Source of the DNA: an uncultured cyanobacterium
Lineage (GTDB): Bacteria > Cyanobacteriota > Cyanobacteriia > Cyanobacteriales > CAWUOF01
NCBI GenBank assembly: GCA_963744145.1
Contig: CAVUSO010000001.1
Coordinates: 1,376,001-1,440,000 of the forward strand
Reading direction: 5' to 3'
DNA length: 64,000 nt
The notes beneath the pieces are model-generated. The model saw nothing but the letters and a program-made list of their open reading frames with translations. It did no database searches and was not told the DNA's origin. Positions within the stretch are counted from its first letter, which is position 1. The number at the start of each line of letters is the position of its first letter. This document shows, one piece after another, positions 52,389-61,613 of the stretch. The position numbers were made by a program, and so were the translations under genes.

Positions 52389-53252
52389 CTAATTCAGATG
52401 GAGACTTTTTTGCTCTAATTGGAGTAACTTCTCAATCCTAGCTTCGGTGGAGGGGTGGGTAGAAAATAAGTTGCTTAAAAATTGACCAGAAAAAGGATTG
52501 ACAATTAACAGTGGCTCAAATGCTGGGTTGGACGACATAGGTATTTGTTTAGCACTGTGGTCCAGTCGTTGCAAAGCGCGGGCTAAAGCACGAGGATTTC
52601 CGGTGAGTCGAGCTGAACCTGCATCAGCTGAAAATTCTCTAGTCCGAGAAATCCCTAACTGAATGATCGTCGCAGCTACGGGAGCTAACAGAATGGTTAA
52701 GAGCCACCCAATCGGATTAGATTCATTGTTATTACTCCGTGAACCACCACTAAACCAAAGACTGTAACTAGCAATTTGGGCTAATAAGGAAATTGCACCA
52801 GCAATTGTCGCTGCAATAGCTTGGGTTAAGGTATCGCGGTTCGCTACATGGGTGAGTTCATGACCGATGACTGCTTCTAATTCATCTTCAGGTAATAGAT
52901 CTAAAATCCCTTGAGTGACAGCAACTGCTGCGTGTTCAGGATCGCGTCCAGTTGCAAAAGCATTAGCACCAGCAGTGGGAATAATATAAAGTGCGGGCAT
53001 GGGCAACCCACCGCGATCGCATAGTTGCTGCACCATATTATATAGATGGGGTGCTTCTGAGGGACTAATTGGTTGAGCGTGATAGACAGCTAAGGCAATT
53101 TGATCTGAATAGTACCAAGAGCCGAGATTCATTAAGGCAGCGATCGCGATCCCCGCGATCGCTCCCAGCGTGCCACCGATCACCCAGTAGCTAATTGTGA
53201 CTAACAGGGCACTTAATAGTCCTAATAAAGCAACCGTTTTCACTTGGTTCAT
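52389..53252 (-). CDS. htpX: Zinc metalloprotease HtpX (peptidase M48)
   Basis: [25 protein letters not shown]. Confidence 0.93.
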   Translation of the reverse strand: MNQVKTVALLGLLSALLVTISYWVIGGTLGAIAGIAIAALMNLGSWYYSDQIALAVYHAQPISPSEAPHLYNMVQQLCDRGGLPMPALYIIPTAGANAFATGRDPEHAAVAVTQGILDLLPEDELEAVIGHELTHVANRDTLTQAIAATIAGAISLLAQIASYSLWFSGGSRSNNNESNPIGWLLTILLAPVAATIIQLGISRTREFSADAGSARLTGNPRALARALQRLDHSAKQIPMSSNPAFEPLLIVNPFSGQFLSNLFSTHPSTEARIEKLLQLEQKSLHLN

Positions 53253-53371
53253 CTCTTTATCCTGCGGGTAGTAATTAAATGGCAATACAAATATTTAGTC
53301 TGATTTTTCCAACTTGGTTACATTTTATCAATGCCGATTTAGACTGTATATGGGAACAACGCTAATTTTTG

Positions 53372-53387
53372 GTACGGTTTAGCGTAC
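53372..53387 (-). promoter_or_regulatory. K-box-like inverted repeat upstream of htpX
   Basis: Minus strand reads GTACGC-TAAA-CCGTAC (recalled K-box consensus GTTCGG-NNAN-CCNNAC). Candidate -10 TACAGT at 53348-53343. Confidence 0.35.
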
Positions 53388-53529
53388 TTTTACTGGACAT
53401 AATGATAGTAGTTGATTGGCAAGATTTCTCCCATATTTAATATTGATCAGCACCCTAATCTGGCTGGTAATATTTTGACCAGATATTATGCTACATTAAA
53501 CTGGTCTAAATAGCGGGAGAATAGGGAAG

Positions 53530-54687
53530 ATGAAATTAGCAATAGGAATAATTACTACCTTATTGTTAACGAGCGGTTATTGGTTTGCCAAACAGGAACC
53601 AGTTTATGCAGAAAATTCATCAGAAAGTGCAGAAAGCTTGCCAAAAAAAATTACCATAAACTTACAATCAGTGTTAGATACAGCCGTAAAAGAGCAAGGG
53701 ATTCCTGGAGCAGTAATGTATGTGGAAACCTCGAATGGAGTTTGGAACGGAGCCGCAGGAATTGCAGATTTAAACAATCGAAAAATAATGAAGCCAAGCG
53801 ATCGCTTTCGGATTGCTAGTATGAGTAAGATGTTTGTAGCAACGGTAGTATTACAACTAGTTGAAGAAGAGGAATTGAGTCTAGATGATCGGCTGACAGA
53901 TTGGTTGTCAGAGGAAGTGACCGATCGCTTACCAAACAGCGACAAAATCAAGATTCGGCAATTACTTAACCATACCAGTGGGTTAGATGATTATTTTGGT
54001 AATGATGAGTTTGAGCAAGCTGTCAAACAAGCTGGTCTACATCATATTTGGACAGCAAGTGAAGCGATCCAATATGCTTATAATTTAGAACCATTATCGA
54101 CACCAGGAAAGGAACATCACTATTCTAATACTAATTATATCTTATTGGAATTGATCGTAGAACAAGTAACCGAAAATAGTCTCGCTCAAGAAATGCGCGA
54201 TCGGATTTTCACACCCTTGGGACTAAAAAATACATTTACAGAAATGCGAGAAAAGATTCCCGGTGGTTTTGTACATGGTTATCAAAATGACGAGGAAAAT
54301 GGCACCCGTCGTGATATGACAGAGACAAATTTCGGAAATGGTTTAGGGGATGGGGGGTTGATTTCTACTGCTTCCGATGTAGGGATATTTGTACGAGCAT
54401 TATTTGGAGGAGCAGAATTATTAGCACCGGAAACTTTAGCCCAAATGTTGAATTTTGTTGATGATGGAAATGGGAATTTCTATGGTTTGGGAGTAGCTGC
54501 TTCTGAAACAGAATGGGGAAAAGCATTAGGACATAATGGGAACGCTAATGGGTTTGCATCGACTAGTTGGTATTTAGTTGATGAAGATGTCACAGTAGTT
54601 GTCCTCACTAATGATGCGGATCATGCTACACCTGATGATATTGCTGAGAATGCGATCGGAGTGGTATTGAATGAGTTAGAAGAATAA
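53530..54687 (+). CDS. Secreted serine hydrolase (beta-lactamase/D-Ala-D-Ala carboxypeptidase-like)
   Basis: Signal peptide, SxxK (ASMSK), LLNHTSG, YSN, GHNG. Confidence 0.88.
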   Translation: MKLAIGIITTLLLTSGYWFAKQEPVYAENSSESAESLPKKITINLQSVLDTAVKEQGIPGAVMYVETSNGVWNGAAGIADLNNRKIMKPSDRFRIASMSKMFVATVVLQLVEEEELSLDDRLTDWLSEEVTDRLPNSDKIKIRQLLNHTSGLDDYFGNDEFEQAVKQAGLHHIWTASEAIQYAYNLEPLSTPGKEHHYSNTNYILLELIVEQVTENSLAQEMRDRIFTPLGLKNTFTEMREKIPGGFVHGYQNDEENGTRRDMTETNFGNGLGDGGLISTASDVGIFVRALFGGAELLAPETLAQMLNFVDDGNGNFYGLGVAASETEWGKALGHNGNANGFASTSWYLVDEDVTVVVLTNDADHATPDDIAENAIGVVLNELEE

Positions 54688-54749
54688 GCATTACCGGTAG
54701 CTACCGATCGCTGCTATAATCAGAAATATGATACCATAGCAATGCTAAT

Positions 54750-55325
54750 ATGACGACCATTACTGTTGACATCAATTCTGTCATTCACCTGACCGATGAG
54801 CAATATTTCCAACTTTGTCAAAATAATCGCAGCTTAAGATTTGAACGCAATGCTACCGGAGAATTAATTATTATGTCACCTACGGGAGGAGAAACTAGCA
54901 ACTGTAATGCTGGTTTAACTGCACAACTTTGGTTTTGGAATAAAAAAACTAAATTAGGTAAAGTTTTTGATTCTTCTGGTGGGTTTAAACTTCCTAATGG
55001 TGCCGATCGCTCTCCCGATGCAGCTTGGCTCAAATTAGAACGTTGGAATAGTTTAACCACAGAAGAACAAAAACGTTTTCCACCCTTATGTCCAGATTTT
55101 GTGGTGGAGTTACTTTCACCAAGCGATCGACTCCCAGATACCCAAGCAAAAATGGAGGAATATATTGCTAATGGTACTCGATTAGGATGGTTAATGATTC
55201 CTTCTGCTCGGAAAGTTGAAGTTTATCGACCAGGACAACCAGTGGAAATCTTAGCAGATCCAGTAAGTTTATCAGGGGAAGATGTTTTACCTGGATTTAG
55301 CTTAAATCTTGACCTAATTTGGTGA
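54750..55325 (+). CDS. Uma2 family endonuclease
   Basis: FDSSGGFKLPNGADRSPDAAW, PDFVVELLSPSD, GEDVLPGF. Confidence 0.9.
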   Translation: MTTITVDINSVIHLTDEQYFQLCQNNRSLRFERNATGELIIMSPTGGETSNCNAGLTAQLWFWNKKTKLGKVFDSSGGFKLPNGADRSPDAAWLKLERWNSLTTEEQKRFPPLCPDFVVELLSPSDRLPDTQAKMEEYIANGTRLGWLMIPSARKVEVYRPGQPVEILADPVSLSGEDVLPGFSLNLDLIW

Positions 55326-55356
55326 AAATTTTCGACTCTTCTGGTGAGTTTAAACG

Positions 55357-55588
55357 CTTAGTTTTACTTGATTTTATATATCAATACGGTTCAGTTAACT
55401 GTAGGGGCAAAGCATTTCGGCGAATAAATGATAGCTTAAACGAAGAATAATATTACCGAAATGCTTTGCCCTCTTAGTTTTAGTTAATTTTATATACCAA
55501 TATGGTTCAGTTAACTGTAGGGGCAAAGCATTTCGGCGAATAAATGATAGCTTAAGCGAAGAATAATATTACCGAAATGCTTTGCCCT
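55357..55588 (+). repeat. Two tandem 116-bp units, each made of flank, left MITE-A TIR and a GTAG hairpin
   Basis: Units start at 55357 and 55473. Each has CAATAYGGTTCAGTTAAC and GTAGGGGCAAAGCATTTCGG...CCGAAATGCTTTGCCC. Confidence 0.85.
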
Positions 55589-55624
55589 CATTATCTATGC
55601 AACCAACCGATCAACTAGATATTA

Positions 55625-55848
55625 AAATACATTCAGTTAAGAATTTTTTTTAGAGATCTCGGCGAAGAACTGGGCGAAGCATTCGGATATAATGTTAACT
55701 GCTTTAAGTGATAAATTATCGCCCGAATGCTTCGCCCCTACAAATCTCGGCGCAGAACCGGGCGAAGCATTCGGATATAATGTTAAGTGCTTTAAGTGAT
55801 TAATTATCGCCCGAATGCTTCGCCCCTACAATTAACTGAACTGTATTG
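55625..55848 (-). mobile_element. Family-A MITE variant with an internal 88-bp tandem duplication
   Basis: Degenerate TIR AAATACATTCAGTTAAG and intact TTAACTGAACTGTATTG. 88-bp units start at 55656 and 55744. Confidence 0.8.
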
Positions 55849-55850
55849 AT

Positions 55851-56444
55851 CTAGAGTAATGTTTTAAAATAAGTTGAAAATTTCTGAGATGGTACACCAA
55901 CCATCAAAGCAGATTCTTGGCGCAAATGAATTTCTACATCTCGTTGACGTTCGGTAAATAAACTAGCTTCTGATAAATGCCGGGAAGTCAGAAAATGAAT
56001 AGTTTGGTTAGCCGAACCGCGCCAACCTTTATTGTCATTTAGTTCCGGAATATATTGTCCGTCAATGAGAACATCAATTCTATTGAGAATTTGATCAATA
56101 GCTGGGTCTAATTTGCTTTGTAATTCCTGTAGTGTAAAACCCGTAAAACACATAATAGAAAGATCCCGATGCTGACGAAGATGGGTAAATAATTCGTTTA
56201 ATGCAGTTGCTTGTAACATTGGTTCACCGCCAGAAATTGTTATTCCATCAATGCCAGCAACTGATAAAATCTGATCAGCTAATTTTATTGGCTCGACTAA
56301 GGTAGCTTCTACCTGGGGAATCCATTCTGGGGAAATACATTCACGACAGCGAAAACAACAACCTTGCATCCAGATCACAAATCTTAGCCCTGGACCAAGA
56401 GTATAAGTAGTGGGACAGATTTCAGCAATATTGAGAAGAGTCAT
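55851..56444 (-). CDS. NrdG-like radical SAM (4Fe-4S) protein
   Basis: GPGLRFVIWMQGC, CxxxCxxC (CCFRCREC), ITISGGEP, DVLIDGQY, WRGSANQ. Confidence 0.85.
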   Translation of the reverse strand: MTLLNIAEICPTTYTLGPGLRFVIWMQGCCFRCRECISPEWIPQVEATLVEPIKLADQILSVAGIDGITISGGEPMLQATALNELFTHLRQHRDLSIMCFTGFTLQELQSKLDPAIDQILNRIDVLIDGQYIPELNDNKGWRGSANQTIHFLTSRHLSEASLFTERQRDVEIHLRQESALMVGVPSQKFSTYFKTLL

Positions 56445-56446
56445 AT

Positions 56447-57511
56447 TTACAAAGGGATACGATTTTTTTGTTGAGCTTGTTCGTGTTTAATTAGAGCTGT
56501 TGTTAATTCTTGGTCAATTTCTGCTAAATACTGTTGGATATTTTTGACTAATGAATCAACTTTTTGGCGGTCTACTGGCAATAGGGTTCCTAATGTCCGA
56601 TCGGAGTGATAATGGGTAGTTATAGCTGTGCGAATTTCGGCGGTTTCGGTTTGATATTTTTGGAAATCTTCTCGGCATTTTTGTAATTGTTGTTGAGCTT
56701 GATGATAAGATTCTTGTTGTTGGATTAATTCTGATCGTTGTTGTTCAATGGCAGCTAATTCTTTGGCTAAAGCTTCTGATAAACTCTGTCGTTGTACTTG
56801 GGTGAGATTTATTAATTCAGAAACAGAGCCGGAGATACTATTTTCTAGTCTATTTTGTCGGGACTGCCAATAGGTAATCTCTTCTTTGAGAGTAGTTTGC
56901 TGTCGTTGTAAAGCTCCTATTTGCTCATCCAGGTCTGCTTTTTGTTGTTGCAGTGATTTGAGAATTTCTCTTTGTGGTTCTAGTTCAGCAGATTGAGTAG
57001 CGATCGCTTGACGCAAATCTTCTAGGTTAGTTTCTTGCAATGCTGTTTGAATTTCTTGGAGTTGTCTAGCTTTTTCTTTTAATGTTTGTAGATTGGTATT
57101 GTCTTCATTTAACTGTTGTTCTTGACGCAGTAAGTTAGCTGCTGATTGAATTAGTTGGGATTTATCGTTGGCAATTTGTTGGATGGATGCAGTGCGATCG
57201 CTGATTTTCTGTTTGAGTGTTATTGGTACTGGTAATGTGTTCAGGTGAGGGAGCCAAGAATTGAGAATTTCGAGCTGGGTGTTGAGGGTTTTACTCAGAG
57301 CGATCGCCCAAGCGTCTAATGTCTCTGGGTCTACATTTGCCAGTTGTCCTAGCACTTCTGGATGAAAGGTAGATTCCCAAAGGTTTATTCCTGCTGCTAC
57401 TAATTCAAAAGGCAATTTAATAGTATCAAACTCGCTCAAGCTTATTGCTTGTTCTATTTTCTGCACTAAATTTTTAAGAGTTTGTAAATCCTGTTGCTGA
57501 TTTTGCTGCAT
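56447..57511 (-). CDS. Gln/Leu-rich coiled-coil protein
   Basis: Long heptad-rich ORF. Stop is 2 nt from the radical SAM start. ATG 57511 preceded by GAGGGA. Confidence 0.75.
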   Translation of the reverse strand: MQQNQQQDLQTLKNLVQKIEQAISLSEFDTIKLPFELVAAGINLWESTFHPEVLGQLANVDPETLDAWAIALSKTLNTQLEILNSWLPHLNTLPVPITLKQKISDRTASIQQIANDKSQLIQSAANLLRQEQQLNEDNTNLQTLKEKARQLQEIQTALQETNLEDLRQAIATQSAELEPQREILKSLQQQKADLDEQIGALQRQQTTLKEEITYWQSRQNRLENSISGSVSELINLTQVQRQSLSEALAKELAAIEQQRSELIQQQESYHQAQQQLQKCREDFQKYQTETAEIRTAITTHYHSDRTLGTLLPVDRQKVDSLVKNIQQYLAEIDQELTTALIKHEQAQQKNRIPL

Positions 57512-57563
57512 AAAATCCCTCAATCTATGTAATTAAGTGTTTCTTTGAACAAGTTAAACCTGA

Positions 57564-59174
57564 TTAGTTTTCTGAATTTTCCAGCAGGACGTAACCAGGA
57601 AACATTTTGGAAATAACATTACCTAGTTGATATTCAACTACTTTTCCTCCTCTGGCTTCTTGAATTAATAAATAAGCTATTTGAGACCGATCAACTTTCA
57701 TCCCAACATGATATTTAGCGTTAGTAGAATAGTTGGGTAATTCAATCATGTCGGGTAGAGATTCTTGGTGTTTATTACCTTTAGATAAAAGCTGGACCCA
57801 GAGAGTAATAGCAATGCGATTTTCAACAGGTACAATTGGTTCAGGATAAAATTTTGGTGGTGCTAAAGTATCTAAATTAATACCACCTTCGATCAGAGTA
57901 ATCTCTGGTCTTTCCCGTTTTCCTGTGTGAATATTGATTGTTTCTAACAAAATACCAATGGTATGAACATATTTTTCTGTAGGATCGACTAAACCGTTAG
58001 CAATTAGACAAGCACCATAAGATATAGCATAAGCGCTATTAGTAATATTAAAACTTTTGTCAAGCCGGGGGTCATTTCCACCAATCCCTAAAGCATCGGT
58101 AATGGCTTTTTGAACGAGGATAAACTGACTAAATCCACCTACCATAAAAATACGATCAATTTCCATTCTTTCTTTTTGGATGTAAGATTTAACTTTTTTA
58201 ATGACATCACAAATACCTTGGGTGATCGGAGTAAAAGCCTCGTTAACTTCTCCTAATGTGATTGTGTATTCATTAAATTTATAAGCTTCATCTTGGGCTT
58301 TGTCTTCTGGAGCATTTAGATAGTTAGTTAACCTTTTAGTAGCTCGATCGTGATGGTCAATTTTAATCTTTTCAAAAGCTTGGAGTAAACTAATAAATTC
58401 TGATGTGTTTTCAGCCAAAGGTTTACCATACTTTTTAGTGTAAGCTTGTTGGATGATGCGGCGATCGAAAGCTACTCCAGCAAATTCTAATCCTTGATCT
58501 CCTTGTCCATCAAAATAGAGAACCTCTACTTTATTGTCGCCATAAATCCGACAAAGACTAACATCAAAAGTGCCACCTCCCATATCACAAACGAGTAAGT
58601 TACCGCTAAAAGATTCACTACCTTTTTGTCTAGCACGCCGTTGCGTTTCCCAGGCATAATAGGCAGCAGCAGCAACAGGTTCACTGACAAGTTGGATGAG
58701 TTGATTTTCTAGTCTTAAGTCTTTTTTAATTAATTCTTGTAGACGTTCCCGACCTAAATTATAAATATCACGTTGCCAAATTTCTGGAACTGAGACAACA
58801 ATGCTAGTAATTTCACCTTTTTCACGGCTAAAACTGTAGGATTTTTCCACAGATATTAGCAGTTCACGCAGGTAATCAACGGTAACACTAATGGGGGTAC
58901 GAGGATGGGTAAAATATTTGCTAAACTCCGATTCTGGTAAGGGCAATCTCATTTTAAAATTGCCATAAGTTTCAACAGAAGAATCATGGGCAGCGGTACT
59001 GCGGGCAGCATTACCAATTGTGATCCCCTCTGATTCATAGGCAATGAAGGAGGGGATATATTTTTGTCCATCTGGTGGTGGATAGGGAAATACTTCAAGT
59101 TCTCCGTTGGGGGTAAGGTAGGAGATAATCGAGTTGGTAGTGCCGAAGTCTAGACCGATTTTGTAAGTTGGCAT
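57564..59174 (-). CDS. Atypical Hsp70-family ATPase
   Basis: GLDFGTTNS, SVP, EPVAAA, DMGGGTFD, VGGFS. C-terminus does not resemble canonical DnaK. ATG 59174 preferred as start. Confidence 0.85.
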   Translation of the reverse strand: MPTYKIGLDFGTTNSIISYLTPNGELEVFPYPPPDGQKYIPSFIAYESEGITIGNAARSTAAHDSSVETYGNFKMRLPLPESEFSKYFTHPRTPISVTVDYLRELLISVEKSYSFSREKGEITSIVVSVPEIWQRDIYNLGRERLQELIKKDLRLENQLIQLVSEPVAAAAYYAWETQRRARQKGSESFSGNLLVCDMGGGTFDVSLCRIYGDNKVEVLYFDGQGDQGLEFAGVAFDRRIIQQAYTKKYGKPLAENTSEFISLLQAFEKIKIDHHDRATKRLTNYLNAPEDKAQDEAYKFNEYTITLGEVNEAFTPITQGICDVIKKVKSYIQKERMEIDRIFMVGGFSQFILVQKAITDALGIGGNDPRLDKSFNITNSAYAISYGACLIANGLVDPTEKYVHTIGILLETINIHTGKRERPEITLIEGGINLDTLAPPKFYPEPIVPVENRIAITLWVQLLSKGNKHQESLPDMIELPNYSTNAKYHVGMKVDRSQIAYLLIQEARGGKVVEYQLGNVISKMFPGYVLLENSEN

Positions 59175-59306
59175 AATTATGTTAATTAACTGATCTATTG
59201 TATTATCCGAACAACAGCAATGCTTATCCCAGATTGCTGAAAACAGCTTCCGGACAGACTTGATCACAGCAAAATCCTGATCCACCTTATTCCTTACCTT
59301 GGACGA

Positions 59307-59336
59307 GTAGGGGCGCAAGAGATCTTGCGCCCCTAC
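59307..59336. repeat. GTAG-type REP hairpin
   Basis: GTAGGGGCGCAAGA-GA-TCTTGCGCCCCTAC, a perfect 14-bp stem. Confidence 0.8.
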
Positions 59337-59452
59337 CAATTATTGCTCGACTAGGTGGTTGGTCTGGCTATCGGTCTCAAAAACCGCCGGGAATTGCTAC
59401 CTTAGTGCGCGGAATACACAATCGCATCTACGATCCAGGGATTATTCTATTG

Positions 59453-59543
59453 GGCGTTGCTGATTTACGGTATGAATAAATAATTTGTAGGGGCATAAGG
59501 CCATACGCCCCGATTGATTTTCATACCCTGATTAAGCAACGCC
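59453..59543. mobile_element. 91-bp MITE (family B) with 8-bp TSD
   Basis: TIRs GGCGTTGCTGATTTACGGTATGAA / TTCATACCCTGATTAAGCAACGCC. Direct repeat TTCTATTG at 59445-59452 and 59544-59551. Internal GTAGGGGCAT...ACGCCCC hairpin. Confidence 0.88.
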
Positions 59544-59706
59544 TTCTATTGCAAAGGATTGAAAAATTTCCAAACTTAATGACGTTTGGCTGTTTGGCTT
59601 AAGTCCCCAATCAAGCATTTTATGAAGTTTTGTTACAAAATCTTTGGTTGACTAAGTAATTGTTGATATAAATATTTGTGTTATCTAATGAGAAAAGGAG
59701 AAACTC

Positions 59707-61170
59707 ATGTCTCGAACTCAATTAGAACTAAAATATATAAAATCTATACATGAAGCATTATATCCCCGTTGGGGTTGGAGTGGTGGATATATTATTGCTA
59801 ACGTTTTTGATAATGGTAAGAAAGTTGTATTAGAATGCTATGCAGAGCCTTCTCTAGAAGAATCTGCTATTCTGAGCGATAAAATACAGAATTGTTTAGA
59901 TACAGTTCCGGAAATTTTTTGGAAATTAATAGGTGGCAGAGATGAAATTAACCTGAAATTAATAAACGAAAGCAGCAGTCAAATAACAGTTAAAAGAAAT
60001 GTTCAAAAACCAGTTATTGAACAACCTTTTCAAACAAGTCTTCAACAACAAGTTACAACCGAAATTTCTAATTTATTAGATATAATTTACAAAAAAGCAG
60101 AGCAAGATATTGAAACTGTAAAAAGAATACAAGATTCTACAATTAACTACTTTTCTACAGCCAGTGATTCGGTAATTCAATGTAGTAAACAAGGAATTTA
60201 TTTTATTCAAAATAATTACACTCAAATAGTTGATGGAACTATTAAAGTTATTGAACCACTTAGACAAGAATTAATAAAATATCCTGATGATTGGCTGAGA
60301 AAACTTAATAAAGATACACTGGCAAAAGTAGATCAGGCTGAAAAAACTTTTTACATAATTAAAGAAAAAAACAAACATAAAAAAACAGATAAACTGGCTA
60401 CAGCTATAATTATTGAAAGTCTCAAGAAATCAACATTGGCTAGGTTTATAGATTCCGGAATATATGTGATTAGCTCATCATTGTTTGATATGCCTGATAA
60501 GTCATTGTCTGATTGCATTAAGCCATTGTCTGATTGGATTAAGTCTTTAGAAGATAAGAATTATCCTTTTCTAAATCAGATGATATTGATATCGGAAAAG
60601 ATAGATGAAGAAATAAGAAAAACGTTTGAACAACCAAAAACGTCAGATTTAATGCTGGCTATGATTGTTCAGATTGCTTGTGTTTATGAACGTGCAAACT
60701 TTCATTCCTCAGAAAAGCAAGCAGAATTAGTCTGTATTTTAATAATTTCATTTTTATGCAGTTTAGCTGTAGATATGGAATTTATAGATTTCTGCAAAAA
60801 GATTATCTCTAATCTAAATTTAGAACAAATTCTGCAAAAAATGGGAATAAGTTATGATAAAGATTTAATTAATAAAATTCAAAAAAATATCGCTCCTAAT
60901 AACAATTTGGTTAATCTTTTACAAAATTTCTTAGTTTCTATTAGTATGAATATAGCTCTTTTCTTGTTGGTTGGTTTTATTGCTAAATATATTTACCAAA
61001 ATTATGATAAGATTTTTGAAATTATAGGATCAATAAACTTATATAATCAAATCAAAGCCGAAGCTAGTAAGTCTGTTTTAGAAATAACACAAAAGACTAA
61101 CATTATTGAAAATGCTATTGTTGAATGCTATCAGACCGGAAAACTTACTAAGACTAGCGATCGCATCTAA
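59707..61170 (+). CDS. AT-rich hypothetical protein with hydrophobic C-terminal helices
   Basis: 487-aa ORF with strong RBS (AAGGAG). Opposite strand to its neighbours. No recognisable motif. Confidence 0.7.
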   Translation: MSRTQLELKYIKSIHEALYPRWGWSGGYIIANVFDNGKKVVLECYAEPSLEESAILSDKIQNCLDTVPEIFWKLIGGRDEINLKLINESSSQITVKRNVQKPVIEQPFQTSLQQQVTTEISNLLDIIYKKAEQDIETVKRIQDSTINYFSTASDSVIQCSKQGIYFIQNNYTQIVDGTIKVIEPLRQELIKYPDDWLRKLNKDTLAKVDQAEKTFYIIKEKNKHKKTDKLATAIIIESLKKSTLARFIDSGIYVISSSLFDMPDKSLSDCIKPLSDWIKSLEDKNYPFLNQMILISEKIDEEIRKTFEQPKTSDLMLAMIVQIACVYERANFHSSEKQAELVCILIISFLCSLAVDMEFIDFCKKIISNLNLEQILQKMGISYDKDLINKIQKNIAPNNNLVNLLQNFLVSISMNIALFLLVGFIAKYIYQNYDKIFEIIGSINLYNQIKAEASKSVLEITQKTNIIENAIVECYQTGKLTKTSDRI

Positions 61171-61221
61171 AGATGGGAATTTTAAAAAAACGCAAAAATA
61201 ATTTCTACCAAACTAAGATGT

Positions 61222-61410
61222 CTATTCAGACTGCGATCGCTTCCACATCCTAATCGCCCAATCTAGTTTTCCTCGTTCCTTCTCCAAAAAAGCTTCCGGC
61301 AATTGCCCAGGAAAAGTCAATGGATATGGCATCATATCCCATTCGCAAGTACAGCAGAAGCTTACCTGTCCTTCAACATATTCATTTTGACAAACCGGAC
61401 ACTGTACCAT
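61222..61410 (-). CDS. Short Zn-ribbon (CPVC...CCTC) ORF, probably a truncated N-terminal domain
   Basis: MVQCPVCQNEYVEGQVSFCCTCEWD..., preceded by GAGGA. Ends just after a HIP1 site. Confidence 0.5.
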   Translation of the reverse strand: MVQCPVCQNEYVEGQVSFCCTCEWDMMPYPLTFPGQLPEAFLEKERGKLDWAIRMWKRSQSE

Positions 61411-61613
61411 GTCTAATTCCTCACAAATCCAAACACAGTCCTCAACATTTCCCCCAACGCTGCTGAGAAGTCGGAGTGACAAATATTGCCACCCCGCTCG
61501 CAGATAGGTCGGAAAATCTCGGATAACTCCTCACCAGGATAATTGCTAAATTCGATTTTGTATATCCTGATGCTCCTCTATTCCTGTTAAATTTCTTCTT
61601 ATGCTAACAAATC

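Noticed and set aside
53371..53388. LexA box
   Set aside because: GTAC half-sites are 8 nt apart, not the ~4 nt of the cyanobacterial LexA consensus.
34379..54722. Shared GATCGC-N-TATAATCA motif upstream of brnT and the second Uma2 gene
   Set aside because: Only two short instances with different spacing, explainable by frequent HIP1 plus an ordinary -10 box.
55357..55848. CRISPR array
   Set aside because: Units are 88-116 bp near-identical duplications with no unique spacers and no cas genes. They are MITE/REP derivatives.
55851..56444. Calling this gene nrdG
   Set aside because: Motifs fit the family, but there is no nrdD in the window and the context differs, so no symbol was assigned.
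57564..59339. Calling this gene dnaK, and the upstream start at 59339
   Set aside because: No canonical DnaK C-terminus and no dnaJ/grpE nearby. The extension runs through a REP hairpin.
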